Part shown: one piece after another, positions 49,784-64,000 of the stretch
Layout: each line of letters opens with the position of its first letter
How positions within the stretch are numbered: the stretch's first letter is position 1
Assembly: GCA_964016885.1 (NCBI GenBank)
Contig: OZ024743.1
Span: 80,600,001-80,664,000 of the forward strand
Length of the DNA: 64,000 bases
Direction of reading: 5' to 3'
DNA from: Eledone cirrhosa
Lineage: Eukaryota
Position numbers and translations under genes: made by a program
Notes under the pieces: generated by a model
The model's input: the letters and a program-made list of their open reading frames with translations, nothing else
Told to the model about the DNA's origin: nothing
Databases searched by the model: none

Positions 49784-50040
49784 TATCGCCTAATCAATAA
49801 TCAATCGATCGACAGTATCCAAACACCAGCCATATATATATTGTGCATATGTTTGCTATTCTATGGATGGGTTAGTATTTTACCTTTTACTAAGTACCGA
49901 CGTTTAGCAAATTACCATCGTACATCAGGAACAAGACCTCTACCCATGGAATATGGAGTACAAATGTTAACTTCTCCTTGGTTGCCATCACAAACTGGTG
50001 GATGGATGATTTCCAGACAAGTTTCTAGTCGGAGGATATT

Positions 50041-50312
50041 TTCCTCCTCCACCTCCTCCTCCTCATCATCATCCCCTCCTCCTCCTCATCCTACTCCACC
50101 CCCTCATTCTCATCCTCCTCCTCATCATCATCCTCTTCCTCATCATCATCCCCCTCCCCCTCCACCTCATCCTCATCCTCATCCTCCCTCTCCTCCTCAT
50201 CCTCCTTCTATTCATCCTCATCCTCATCCTCCTTCTATTCATCCTCCTCCTCCCTCTCCTCCTCATCCTCCTCATCATCCTCCCCCTCCTCCCCATCATC
50301 CTCCCCCTCCTC
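50041..50312. repeat. (CCT/CAT)n low-complexity tract
   Basis: Direct reading. Confidence 0.9.
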
Positions 50313-51492
50313 AAATCATTCAACGTCTCTAGAACGGATTATGTGCACAGTCCTCTTCTTCTGTCCTCAAACAGTAAAGAACAAAACGGATGATGTATTA
50401 AGGATTGAAAACTGCCATTTCTAGCATGAGTAGCTACCTTCTAAAGGTGTTTCCTGGTGTAATCATTGTGTTACATGAACTTAAAAATAAAAATCAATAA
50501 AATTGTGAAGAAATCTATTTCAAATAGCACAACTACAGATATTTAGACTGCAATTTCCTGCACCAAATAAATACTTTTATAATTTTAAAATGGCAATAAT
50601 TCTTAGGAAGAGTGTAGCATCCCGGAATTGTTTAGATATTGAATGAAATTTGGCTGTCATTTATAGCATATGGGGTCACCAAGCAGAGGTTTTATTGTTG
50701 TCTCTTCCTCTTCTAAAGTGGAACAAATAGAAATGACTGAGTAAGAATAAAATATAATTTAGCCGCCATTTCTAGCAGATGGCGTGACCACATATAATGT
50801 TCCTTGTTGGTTCTTAAAACCTCCATCTTACCAGTCTATGGCACTACTCTTCTCTCCTTAGCTACTCAGTTAACATTGAGAATTGTCAAAAATGAAACTG
50901 CTATTTCTAGTAAATGGAGCAACCACGTTGACTCTTGAAATCTACGATAACGGTTTCGCAGGCCGTAGGATGACACTGGGAATTGAAAAGGTCAAACTTT
51001 TCACAGTTAATCTCCCTGAGAATTAATTTATGGGTACACGTGACAGTGGAATACTCAGCCACATACACGTGATGTTCTTTAGCAAGCTTATCTATTGATC
51101 GATCAACTGGAACACTCACCGTGGAAACCTACAGAAGTTCGTTACAATTAATTATAGGAGTATACTATCCCAAAATCCATGGATCTTCTAGACATTAAAT
51201 GTAGGGCTAACAGAGACGACATTGGTCTTCAGAGTTACTTTAGAAAGTTTGGACGGCTGAGATGGTTGCAGGCGATAACAAATGTCTAGCAGAAATGATA
51301 TCAATCGGAAGACTGATTAATTATTCATCACAGATAATGAAGGATTATATTCCATGGAACAACAAACACACATATACATACAGATACACACGTACAGATA
51401 TACATATATACATATACATACAAATATACATATACATGTAACAGTAGATAAACACTGATATACGCACAGCAACACAATGGTATATATACATA

Positions 51493-51566
<74 letters not shown>

Positions 51567-51644
51567 CATACTTATATATATAGGATCCGCTAAGGTGAAA
51601 CAATTGTTCTCGATATGGTGAACTAACTGTTGTGTAACCACTAC

Positions 51645-51724
<80 letters not shown>

Positions 51725-51841
51725 TACACACACATATAAATATATGTTTGTATATATATATGTATATATATATATATGTATATATGTGTGTGTGTGTCTG
51801 TCTGTGTGTGTGCCTGTGTGTATGTCTGTGTGTGTAAATAT

Positions 51842-52205
51842 AAACACAAGAAATATAAGACGACAGGTTAAAATTAACTTCGTTTATTCATATCCACTGT
51901 TATATATATTTCAGTGATAACCAATATTCAACAGCTATGACCTCATCAGACAGCTAGTACTTCAACAGAAAAACAGAAAAACATAATGGTGGAACAAACT
52001 TTACTACCGTTATTTCGGTCCTTGATATACCCTGTCCCGGAGTTTGGAGTTGTTCCATCATTATATTTTTCTGTTCTTTCAGTTCAAATTCTAGCTGTCT
52101 GATGAGGTCATAACTATTGAATAATGGTTATCAATGAAATATATATTACAGCAAATATGAATAAACGAAGTTAATTTTAACCTGTTGACTTACGTTCCTT
52201 GTTTT
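51842..52205. mobile_element. Diverged inverted repeat (~160-bp arms, ~47-nt spacer) with a hammerhead in each arm
   Basis: Plus: gctgt-CTGATGA(52099-52105)...GAAA-tatata-TT-acagc (52094-52152); minus copy 51897-51954 with an ATA triplet. Confidence 0.8.
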
Positions 52206-52419
52206 TAAATTACTCCGGAGTAAACATACCCACCTGCGCACTTCGTCGAGTGTTATACCCTGTATACTGAAGTGTCGGTAACTAACCAACACACACTCAC
52301 ACACATACATAATATACATGAGCATTTTATTTTCATAAATCACGTATGATGTTAAACTAGCCTGCTTTTAAATTCCCTTTTTGGCATATTAATCAGTGAG
52401 AATTTGGCTATTGTGTTGA

Positions 52420-52502
52420 GCTCTGCTGATGATCGTATTCCAACAGTGACCATCTCCACTGGAAGTTTTCGTGAAATAGTCTTTTTCAAGACTATACAGA
52501 GC
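52420..52502 (+). ncRNA. Type I hammerhead ribozyme with stable 7-bp stem III
   Basis: gctctg-CTGATGA(52426-52432)-stem II-GAAA(52473-52476)-tagtctt-tttc-aagacta-TA-cagagc. Confidence 0.85.
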
Positions 52503-52752
52503 ATTTGTAGTTGTCCCAAATGGAAGGATGAGTATTTTAAACTTTATTTTTATCATGAGTTAAGGCTCTATTTATTTTTCACTGGATTTCACTAAATTCT
52601 GTTGGATAAATCTATATCCTGATTCTTTTTGAATTGAGTTTGAATTATTTTTCCCATATCTTACGTTAACTATTTTCCCATTTTGACGCTATAGTCACTT
52701 ATATATTATGGAATACTATTGGCTTCTTGCTACAATACTTTCTATACCTTTC

Positions 52753-52802
<50 letters not shown>

Positions 52803-53090
52803 TTGTGTAAAATGGTAGTTATAGTGCTTCCATAGGCGGTATGCCAAAATTAGCACTCAATATTCAACAGAGTAGAGTGTGGATAGTATAAAAAACGAAA
52901 AATCAGTGATGCCTCTGGACTCAATTTATTGCGTGTAACAATTGTTTCGCCGGCAGGTAGCTCGAGACATGGTCCCTGTATGGATCTGGCTGATTCTACG
53001 GCTGCAGGTTCCTGCAGACACGTATGTATGTATGTATGTATGTATGTATGTATGTATGTATGTATGTATGTATGTTTACATATATATACG

Positions 53091-53197
<107 letters not shown>

Positions 53198-53214
53198 GTA
53201 TGTATAGGGCATAG

Positions 53215-53661
53215 GAGCTCTTAAGAGTCAATGGCCATCCAAAATCACCGGGAGAGATGACCCCTAAGCCTTTGTCAAGGCAGAATTCTAGGAGAAGGAA
53301 AACTCTGATCTAACACCTGCAACCCTGATGGTATCCAATGATGTTGACTTGTTCTACTTTTTGGTAAATATCATCTTGGTTAAGAGAGTGGGACTGGCTT
53401 TGTGCAGTGCCTTTGCTCACTATAAAAGCTTCACGGCACAGGCATTGCTTTATATCTGGAGATCTCTCTGCACTTGTTGTCACATGGTACCATGGGCCCT
53501 GCACTATGTGTCAGTAATTGTCACAAGTGTAGTGTTTGTACCAAAGTTTTTAAGTCGCTGGCTGGACTAAAAAGTCACACTCGTTGAGCGCATCGGTAAG
53601 GGTTCTCCTACGTGGATATAAAGTAGTGGCCGTACTCGAAAACGAGTTGGCAGCCACCATG
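53215..53661 (+). mobile_element. Third, 5'-truncated copy of the 8.1-9.3 kb non-autonomous retroelement
   Basis: Reverse complement of ~8776-9220; ends ggcagccaccatgta. Confidence 0.75.
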
Positions 53662-53733
<72 letters not shown>

Positions 53734-53765
53734 TATATATATATATATGCATATATATTTATATG

Positions 53766-53805
<40 letters not shown>

Positions 53806-53888
53806 GTGAGAGAGAGAGAGAGAGCGATATAGATATATATGTATTTATATATGTATGTATATATATATCTGTATATGTGTGTGTGTGT

Positions 53889-54020
<132 letters not shown>

Positions 54021-54152
54021 AGATGCCGTGTATGTATATGTACACATGTATGAGTGTATGTCAACATGAATGGACCTGTTATTTTTATCTAAAGACATTT
54101 TTTTCCAATTCCAACCCACCCGTCCCCTCAATCTATCTTATTTCTCATTCTT

Positions 54153-54188
54153 TCTTCTGATGAAGGACTAGCGTGCGAAACGTTAAGA
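54153..54188 (+). ncRNA. Minimal type I hammerhead motif
   Basis: tctt-CTGATGA-a-ggac-tagc-gtgc-GAAA-cg-TT-aaga; one mismatch in stem II. Confidence 0.7.
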
Positions 54189-54273
54189 TCCTTTTCCTGC
54201 TATATCAAGCGTTAACCTAATATATCCCTCCCATATACAATACCGATTGTTTTGTTATTTCAGTTTACCTTTT

Positions 54274-54373
<100 letters not shown>

Positions 54374-54612
54374 CAGTAATTGCGTTGTGATTAAACATGT
54401 AAAAAGCGCATTCCATTCCTGATTTCTTTAAAATATCATTAATTACAGCTATCATTGCTATACACACACATACATGTATATATATAAACAGAAAAGCATA
54501 AAACTATATGCACCCAAATATATCCAACATATATACAAACATAATTATATAGATATATACACGCAACTATATATACATATGTTTGTGTGTAAATATATTT
54601 CCACTCTCTCAC

Positions 54613-54651
<39 letters not shown>

Positions 54652-54666
54652 ATGTGTATGTATATA

Positions 54667-54718
<52 letters not shown>

Positions 54719-54959
54719 ATATCGTATATATTTGAGTGTATATATGTGTGTGTATATATATGTGTGTGTGTATATATGTGTGTGTGTATATATATGTGTG
54801 TGTATATATATGTGTGTGTGTGTATGTGTGTATATGTACGTGTGTGTGGTAACGATCATTAAAATCTGTTTTCGTGCTTCTATATGTAACAATTATTTTT
54901 TATTAATTTTGAATTAAATTTAGAAAATATCTTTTCATTGAGCAGGAAACGCCCTCTGT

Positions 54960-56571
54960 CACACTCTCACACACATACACACTCTCACACACATACACAC
55001 TCTCACACACTCTCACACACATACACACTCTCACACACTCTCACACACATACACACTCTCACACACTCTCACACACATACACACTCTCACACACTCTCAC
55101 ACACATACACACTCTCACACACTCTCACACACATACACACTCTCACACACATACACACTCTCACACACTCTCACACTCTCACACACATACACACTCTCAC
55201 ACACATACATACTCTCACACACATACACACTGTCACACTCTCACACACATACACACTCTCACACACCCTCACACACATACACACTCTCACACACTCTCAC
55301 ACACATACACACTCTCACACACTCTCACACACATACACACTCTCACACACACACTCTCACACACATACACACTCTCACACACTCTCACACACATACACAC
55401 TCTCACACACATACACACTCTCACACACATACACACTCTCACACACTCTCACACACATACACATACACACTCTCACACACATACACACTCTCACACACAT
55501 ACACACTCTCACACACATACACACTCTCACACACTCTTACACACATACACACTCTCACACACTCTCACACACATACACACTCTCACACACCCTCACACAC
55601 ATACACACTCTCACACACTCTCACACACATACACACTCTCACACACTCTCACACACATACACACTCTCACACACTCTCACACACATACACACTCTCACAC
55701 ACATACACACTCTCACACACATACACACTCTCACATACATACACACTCTCACACACATACACACTCTCACACACATACACACTCTCACACACTCTCACAC
55801 ACATACACACTCTTACAGATACACACTCTCACACACATACATACTCTCACACACATACACACTCACACACACATACATACTCTCACACACATACACACTC
55901 TCACACACATACACACTCACACACATACACACTCTCTCACACACTCTCACACACATACACACTCTCTCACACATACACACTCTCACACACATACACACTC
56001 ACACACATATACACACTCTCACACAGTCTCACACACATACATACTCTTCACACACGCAAACACTCTCACACACACTCACACACTCTCACACACATACACA
56101 CTTTCACACACATACACACACACACACTCTCACACACATACACACTCTCACACACATACACACTCTCATACACATACACACACATACACACACATACACA
56201 TACACACTCTCACACACTCTCACACACTCTCACACATATACACACATACACACTCTCACACACATACATACTCTCACATACACACACTCTCATACACGTA
56301 CACACACATACACATACACACTCTCACACACTCCCACACACTCTCACACACATACACACTCTCACACACATACACCCCCTCCTTCTCCTTCTCTTTCATA
56401 CCCCCCCCCTGTCCCCTCACTCTCTCCCTCTCGCTCTCTCTCCCACTCTCTCTCTCCTACTCTCTCTCCCTCGCTCTCCCTCTCTTTCCCCTCATTCTTT
56501 CTCTCTCTCCCCCTCCGTCTTCCTCCGTCTTTCTCTCTCTCTCTCCCCTTCCGTCTTTCTCTCTCTCTCCC

Positions 56572-56604
<33 letters not shown>

Positions 56605-56830
56605 CCTCTCTCTCTCCCTCTATCCCTCTCTCTCTATATCCCCCTATCTTCCCCCTCTCTCTCTGCATCTGTCTACATGTGTCTATGTATGTGTGTGTCT
56701 ATGTATGTGTCTATGTGTGTGTCTATGAATGTGTGTCTATGTATGTGTGTGTCTATGTATGTGTGTGTCTATGTATGTGTGTCTATGTATGTGTGTGTCT
56801 ATGTATGTATATATGCCTATGTATGTGTCT
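54960..56830. repeat. (CACACTCT/CACACATA)n degenerate repeat, then (CT)n and (GTCTATGTATGT)n-like tracts
   Basis: Direct reading; source of the 596-aa HT-rich ORF. Confidence 0.9.
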
Positions 56831-56952
56831 ACATGTATGTATTTTATAGGAATACACATAAATATCTACATTATTACTCATGTATATACAGTATAATAAT
56901 ATGTAAATATATAGTTATTTATAAACAGACATATATGTTTAATATATTTTAA

Positions 56953-57027
<75 letters not shown>

Positions 57028-57031
<4 letters not shown>

Positions 57032-57384
57032 AATATTGAATAAATGGAAACTATATTTATAAAACCATATTTATTCTATTATATATATTTCAAGGGTACC
57101 AAAAACTTTGGTACGCTTTCATCAGATGAAATACAAAGTGTGTTTTATAAATTTTGACATAGCCAAGGGAACATACCTTATCAGTTGAAGTATTCCTTGG
57201 ATAGTGACTATCCATGGAATACTTCAACTGATAAGGTATGTTCCCTTGGCTATGTCAAAATTTATAAAACACACTTTGTATTTCATCTGATGAAAGCGTA
57301 CCAAAGTTTTTGGTACCCTTGAAATATATATAATAGAATAAATATGGTTTTATAAATATAGTTTCCATTTATTCAATATTATTG
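57028..57384. mobile_element. Near-perfect 357-bp palindrome (178-bp arms, 1-nt centre at 57206) with a hammerhead in each arm; insert continues to ~57477
   Basis: Only one arm mismatch seen; plus HHR 57279-57340: tatttcat-CTGATGA-aagcgtacca..tggtaccctt-GAAA-tatata-TA-atagaata; mirror copy 57072-57133; (TA)n flanks. Confidence 0.9.
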
Positions 57385-57544
57385 AATATTACTCCAGAAA
57401 AATCAGTCGAGTGCTCTGAATCAGTTATAAACATTTATATTTGTAGAATTTCCAACAAATTAAATATCCCTTCTACTTATATATATATATATTCATATGT
57501 ATGCTCGTATATATTTATTCACAGACATACACACACACACATAC

Positions 57545-57592
<48 letters not shown>

Positions 57593-57918
57593 GGAGAATG
57601 ATAGGTAAAAGAAACAAGCGTGTTAGGAAACTAAACCAGAATCTAACTGATTCAAGTATGAAAAGATCGTCAGATTGAGAGAGTAAAGAGAAGAATGGTT
57701 GTATAGGAAAGAAGAAGAATTAGTACATAACGTTGGTCAAAGGATTGCTAAGACGACATGATCACATGAATAGAAAATTGAACTAACCCTTAAGCAAAGG
57801 CCAATATCATAGATATACGTACGACTTTCGTTTTGTGTAGACGGGGTGAGAATATGAATGGATAAATGATATTGTATATATAGATACACGTAAACAATCA
57901 GTAATAGGTGTATATAAG

Positions 57919-57964
<46 letters not shown>

Positions 57965-58088
57965 TGCGTGTGTTCGCATTGCACTATGTATATATACTTA
58001 ATGTGTGTATAAATGTATATAAACATACAATAACATTCTTATTTGCCCCATGTTTATTTCAACGCATTCCCCCCACTCTCTCTCTCTC

Positions 58089-58119
<31 letters not shown>

Positions 58120-58554
58120 CTGTGTGTCTGTATGTGTGAGTGTATGTGAGTGTGTCTGTGTGAGTGTGTGTGTGTTTGTGTGGGGGGGGGGGTATGTGTG
58201 AGTATGTCTGTATGTGTGTGTGTATGTGTGTGTATGTGTGTGTGCGTCTGTGTGAGTGTGTGTGTATGTGTGTATGTGTGAGTGTGTGGGTGGATGAATG
58301 GCTAGATAGATCAGTGTGTATGTGTGCGAATCAAGTGAGAGGCCTTAAGAAAGACGTCCTACATCATAGAAATAGCAGCTAATACTCTAATACTGTTCTT
58401 TAAGGGGTGAAAGACACTGGATAACGTAGGGATTAACAGAGGATCATTAACATAGACGCTCTGACTGCTAGCAATAGCAGCGAAATCTCCATTTAATCGC
58501 AACCGTCATACATTTGTCCGTGATTAAAAAAACAAACATTTCGGCGTTTCAGTC

Positions 58555-58586
<32 letters not shown>

Positions 58587-58628
58587 TCCGAACTCATTTA
58601 ATATAATAGAGAGATAGATAGATAGATA

Positions 58629-59593
58629 TGTTTCTTTATTAGCCACAGGGGCACAAAAGAAGGGGACAAATACAAAGGGGGAAGTTTACATACAATAAAA
58701 ACGTGTAAAATATTATCACAAATGCAATTTAAAAAATTAGTCGATTTTCCCCAATAGGGGGAGACAGTTCATATGGGTAACACATGACCCCGAAAAAATG
58801 TGCAACCCTCATCTCCAGGAGTACGAAGAGTTTGTACTCCCTTCCTCTCCTCCTTCTTCTCCTCCTTCTTTTCCTCAACCTACAGGCTGATATAGAGAGA
58901 AGGCCCATTCACTCGGGCCATTCTCACCACTTTCACCCACCTTTCATAAAACTTGCTGGGGTACAGCACCTCTCTCTCCATCCTGATTCTTCTTCCAAAG
59001 TGGTATTTGAAAAAAAGAATCAGTTGTTGGCCGGAGAGAAAGGTGTCTGACCTCAGCCCTTTCAATCTTGTCCACCATACAACCTCTTTCACCATAGCCA
59101 TAACACATAGGAAAACCGCCTCTCCCTCGTTTTTTAAGGAGGGTGGTGGTTTGATCATGACAATGGACTCGGTGGTCAAGTGTATTAGTCCCACCCACGA
59201 CAATAGTCGTTCTACATAGCCCCACAGGTTGGTAACGCTAGGGCAGTGTACAAATGCGTGCGCGACGGTTTCCTCGTCGCGCACGCATCTCGGACAGATC
59301 TTTTTCGAAGGGTCCCTGCCTGGGCGCCCGTGTCTGTAGAGCTTGTCTCGAACTGGTAGAGCTCCTCATTAGCACTGCCAGGCCAGGGACTTTTGGAAGT
59401 TGTCCATTGGTCCTGGGCGGAAGGTCCTACCGAACAGACTGGCCAGTTCGTCCTCCTCAACGCCTAGAGTTTCTCCGAGCTTGTCGTCGCACTTGCTGCG
59501 GACCAACCCTCTATAGAATGTCGAAGTGGAGTCTCCACTGATCGCCGGGTCCGTTTGCCAGAGGACTGTGAGCGCCTGAGCACATTCGATGTG
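58629..59593 (-). mobile_element. Tx1-like LINE, 5'-truncated, in (GATA)n
   Basis: ORF2 C-terminus (MDNFQKSLAWQC, ETVAHAFVHCP), stop 58880-58882, AATAAA then (TATC)n. Confidence 0.88.
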
Positions 59594-59632
59594 ATATATA
59601 GATAGATAGATAGATAGATTGATAGATAGATA

Positions 59633-61571
59633 GATTTCTTTATTTCCCACAAGGGCGCACAAGAAAAGGGTATTTTACATACAATCGTGTAAAAATATGA
59701 AACAAACAAATATAACAATCGAAATCCCCAATAGGGGGGGGGGGGGGTTACAAATGTGTTGTTTAATACCCCGTCAATAGAACAACCCTCAACTGCAGGA
59801 GCGTGTTGTGCAAGTGCTTCTTTCTTCCTTTTGCTCCCTTCTTCAACATACAGGTTTATATACAGAGAAGGCCCAATCACTCGGGCCATTTTTGCTACAT
59901 TCACCCACCTTTCAGTAAATTTACTGGGGTGCAGTGCTTCTCTCTCCACTCTGATTCTCCTTCTAAAGTTGTACCTAAAGTAGGGAATGAGTTGTTGTCC
60001 GGAGAGAAAGGCATCTGTCCTCAGGCCTCTCAATCTCGTCCACCATATAACCTCTTTCACCATAGCCACTATACAGAGGAAAACCGCCTCTCTTTCGTTT
60101 TTGACAGAAGTTGGCGGTTTCATCCTTACTCTGGACTCGGCAGTCAACTGGATGTGTCCCATACGCGACAGCAGTGGTTCTGCGTAGTTTCACAGGTCAG
60201 TTACGCCCGGGCAGTATACAATTGCGTGCAAGACGGTTTCAATGTTCTGCTCGCATCTTGAACACGTCCTCTTGGAAGGATCCCTGCCGGGGCGTCCGTT
60301 CCTGTACATCTTGTCTCGAACTGGTAGAGCTCCTCGGTAGCACTGCCAGGCCAGGGACCTCTGGAAGTTATCCATAGGTTCCGGGCGAAAAGTCCTACCA
60401 AACAGACTGGTGATCTCGTCGTCTTCGACACCCAGAGTCTATCCAAGCACGTCGTCGCCCTTGTGACGTACTAACCCTCTATAGAATGTCGAAGTGGAGT
60501 CTCCACTGATTGCTGTGCCCGCTTGACAGAGGACTGTGAGCGCCTCAGCGCATTCAATGTGCCAGGCGCCCATCTTCTTCGGTCTCCGCTTGACCCAGGA
60601 CTGCAGCTCCGTCAGCGAGACAAGTTGTGGGAAAGCCTGTCTCACAAAAGGTGCCCACACTGGTTGGTCAGTGAGGAATACCTGGAGATGCCGTAGCCTC
60701 AACACATGTTTGCGCAAACATGCGCATCATCAGCCACGGCATTCCCAGCCCTCCGTTGGACGGATCTCCTCACCAGTGGAGCCTGCTTCTTCCAAAGGAA
60801 CTGGAAGAGCATGCGTTCCATCTTGGTGAGGTGTTCACGGGGATAAGGCACGACAGTCAAGTGGTAGTAGATGACGGACGCTATGAAAGTGTTCGCCACC
60901 TCCGATCGACCTTTCAAGGATAGTTTGCACTCTGCCCACTTCTGGGTGAGCGCAAATACCTTGGCTGTGACCTCATTCCGGTTTTTCTCTACCTGGAGGT
61001 CTGGACCGAACCACACCCCGAGCAATTTCACCGGTCCTTCCATGCAGCGTCCGACGACGCTGTCGGACAGCATCGGTTTGCCTCTCCACGTTCCGAGTTG
61101 CAAACCAACAGACTTGTCCGGGTTCAGTTTTGCTCCTGTGAGCCTTTCGTATTCCTGCAGTAAGTTGCCGATCGCCCCGATTTCCGAGGTTTTCGACATA
61201 ATTAGTGTCACGTCGTCGGCATAAGCCGACGCCGCTTTCCGCAGTCCAGGTTCCAATGGGATGCCCAGCAGAAGCTTCAACTTCTGCAGTAGTGGCTCTA
61301 GAGTCATACGTACAGAATGGAGGAGAGAGGGCATCCCTGTCGGATGGAATGCGTGATTGCGAACGGCTCCGATAGGTAGCCGTTCACCTTGACCCTCGAG
61401 CAGATGCTGGTGTGCATCGCCTCGATCCAGCCTCTGAATACGGGTCCGAAACCGGCCGCCTTGAGAACCGCTTCCAAGTATCGAAGGTCGACCCTATCAA
61501 ACGCCTTAGACTGATCTAAATTGATCAGAGCCCCACCGAAGCCGGGTTTACACCCCACCCTCTCTATGATG
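59633..61571 (-). mobile_element. Tx1-like LINE, 5'-truncated within RT, in (GATA)n
   Basis: LDQSKAFDRV, RQGCPLS, SAYADD, CSRC..H..C; (GATA)n at 59593-59635 and 61571-61755. Confidence 0.9.
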
Positions 61572-61659
61572 ATATATAGATAGGTAGATAGACGGATGGA
61601 TGGATAGATAGATAGATAGACAGATAGACAGATAGATAGACGGATATATAGATCGATAT

Positions 61660-61731
<72 letters not shown>

Positions 61732-62096
61732 GTAGACGGATGGCTGGATAGATAGTAAATAAAGGGCAGATAATTAAGTCAAATCTAAATTTTAAAAGCA
61801 AGGAATATTTATTTGCCGCCGTTCACACGGTAATGCAGAAGAAGAAGAAAAAACTGCATCTCTCAAAACGTGAATATAATTAATAAGATTTTTAAAAATA
61901 AATATTCTTGCCTCGGGCATTGTTTATTAAGTTTTGATTTTAAATAAATGTAAATTGAATTTTTTCTAAAACTTGAATATACTAGATGATTCATTTCAAC
62001 AAAAATGAAGATTTTTCAACGAATAAAAATTATTTAATTTGTCCTATTATTTTTTATTCGCATAACGTTTGTTTATATACATATATAAATATAAAT

Positions 62097-62164
<68 letters not shown>

Positions 62165-62166
<2 letters not shown>

Positions 62167-62528
62167 CATCATCATCATTCATTTCATTTTACGTCCGCTT
62201 TTCCCTGCTTGCAAGGGTGGGACGGGAACTGATTCTGGCTTGATTTCTACAGCTGGATGCCCTTCCTAACACCAACCTCATTTACAGTGAGTGCTGGGTG
62301 CTTTTTTTTCGTGGCACCTACACGTCCACTTTACAGTGTGGGATGGGTGCTTTTTTGCCGTGGCACCTCCACTACCACTTTGCAGTGGAATGATAGGGAC
62401 CCCAGTCCCTGTCATCTCATTTCTACACCAGAGTAAACTGGAGCATTGTGAAATAAAGTGTCTTGCTCAAGGAAACAACACATCACCCGGTCTGAGAATT
62501 GAACATACAACCACTAAGCCATGTGCCT

Positions 62529-62530
<2 letters not shown>
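62165..62530 (-). mobile_element. SINE/LINE-tail fragments
   Basis: (CAT)n tail with ctggatgcccttcctaac, then aagtgtcttgctcaaggaaacaac, resembling SINE bodies. Confidence 0.5.
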
Positions 62531-62599
<69 letters not shown>

Positions 62600-63499
62600 C
62601 ATATAATGTGCATTCTCATATAAATACATACAAGTATATGTGTATATAAGTGTATGTATATATGTATATATAATGCGATAAACTGAGAGGAAAATGAAGA
62701 TTAAGCCTCAAGAGAGATAACTGATGTTGACGAAGCCTTAAAAGTAATATATTTGACGCTGCTACTCTTACTGGAGTAGTTTCATTAGTAAATATTTATT
62801 TATTTCTCTCTATACATACCTTACATTATTATATATATGCACTGTCTCTCGTCCCTCTGATCAACATTGAAATCAAACGCCTCATCCAAATTGCCAGGAA
62901 TCGATGTGGAGATTTCCTTCTCCAGCCACAACTCCTAACCCGCCATTGTCTTCCAGTACCAACAATAAATTCCTTTCTCTAACTAGTAACATCATAACTC
63001 CAACCAATTGTTACTTTAATTGTCACTCTTTCGAAAGTTTTAATCTAATCTGCTGAAGTTTAACCCGACGAGTTTCAACACTATGACATTTAAAATTAGT
63101 TTCTATCAACACATTTAAGAATTACGAAATAAAATTTGCTAGCAAGCTAACAAAATCTACCTGGTTTCGAAAAGAAAGAGGAACCTCGTTGTTTAAAGGT
63201 GAATGGTCGGTCCTTAGTACAAAGTAGTTTTTGTTCAAATTTACACTTCATAATTTGTGTGAAATTGTTGATATTTTAAGGTGACAAAGAGATGAACGAG
63301 CGCTAAAATGTTTGGGCAGAGTCAACATTCTTCGACGTTCTTCATTATTATATGGAACTGTAACTCCTGATGGAGTCGTAAGGGTACCATATTCACAAAC
63401 AGCGTTTCTAGGACATTTTTAACCCTTGAGGAACCCTTCTCCTCTACTGGTCTGAATACAGCAATTTCTTCCAGAGGAGGAGAGAGAGTGAGAGAAAGG

Positions 63500-63680
63500 A
63501 AGTGAGAAATAGGTATAGAAAAAGAATCCACCTCAATACTGTACTGGTAATTATTTATTGACTTTAAATGGATGAAAGGCAAATTTGACCTCGGTGGGAT
63601 TTGAACTGAGAAAGCAGAGAGTCGAAACCAATACTAGGAAGCATTACATCAGACGTACTAACAACTGAGCCAAGTTGTTT
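63500..63680 (-). mobile_element. tRNA-derived SINE
   Basis: ggatgaaaggcaaatttgacctcggtgggatttgaactgag, homologous to 13540-13580. Confidence 0.7.
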
Positions 63681-63804
63681 ATAATTATACCACGGTAAAG
63701 GTCTCATTAAATCAGTAATGGAGCTTCAAATGGTGGATGGCAATTGTGATCGTCTTTGATGATAGCAGCGACATCTACAGTCATTGGAATAATACGACAT
63801 TTAA

Positions 63805-64000
63805 TGTGAGTGTATATATAATACACACATGTGAGTGTATATTAATACACACATGTGAGTGTATATATAATACATGTGAGTGTATATACACACATGTGAG
63901 TGTATATGTAATATATACATGTGAGTATATATGTAATATATACATGTGAGTGTATATATAATATATACATGTGAGTATATATATAATACAAATATATGAG
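63805..64000. repeat. ~19-25 bp minisatellite (catgtgagtgtatatataata)
   Basis: Direct reading; runs off the window end. Confidence 0.85.

Noticed and set aside
50390-50930. Recurring ctgc(c/t)atttctagca motif (also ~12430, 49130, 58370-58490)
   Set aside because: Looks like remnants of an old dispersed repeat; irregular spacing and no definable boundaries.
63322-63582. 86-aa minus-strand ORF
   Set aside because: Starts inside a SINE; no recognisable domain.

Overview
Eukaryotic, AT-rich, microsatellite-saturated intergenic/intronic DNA with no convincing host gene. The SINE and microsatellite landscape resembles octopus/cephalopod genomes (inference). Three retroelement systems dominate. 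(1) A ~25.5 kb nest (14.8-40.1 kb) of seven non-LTR retrotransposons stacked in (TAA)n tracts, plus one more at 41-45 kb: R4/Dong-like RLE elements always on +, Tx1-like APE elements always on -. A sister Tx1-like lineage sits in (GATA)n at 58.6-61.6 kb. (2) All three full-length Tx1-like elements carry a perfect AAG|GTAAGT splice donor overlapping the ORF1 stop, about 40 nt before ORF2. (3) At least 14 complete and 4 partial type I hammerhead ribozyme motifs of many different families lie in short non-coding inserts, mostly within (TA)n tracts. Several are tandem, circularly permuted 312-422 nt monomers with inverted or fold-back halves (retrozyme / Penelope pLTR-like), and one lies directly downstream of a Penelope-like GIY-YIG endonuclease remnant. 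All structures were read by eye; no folding or database search was run.
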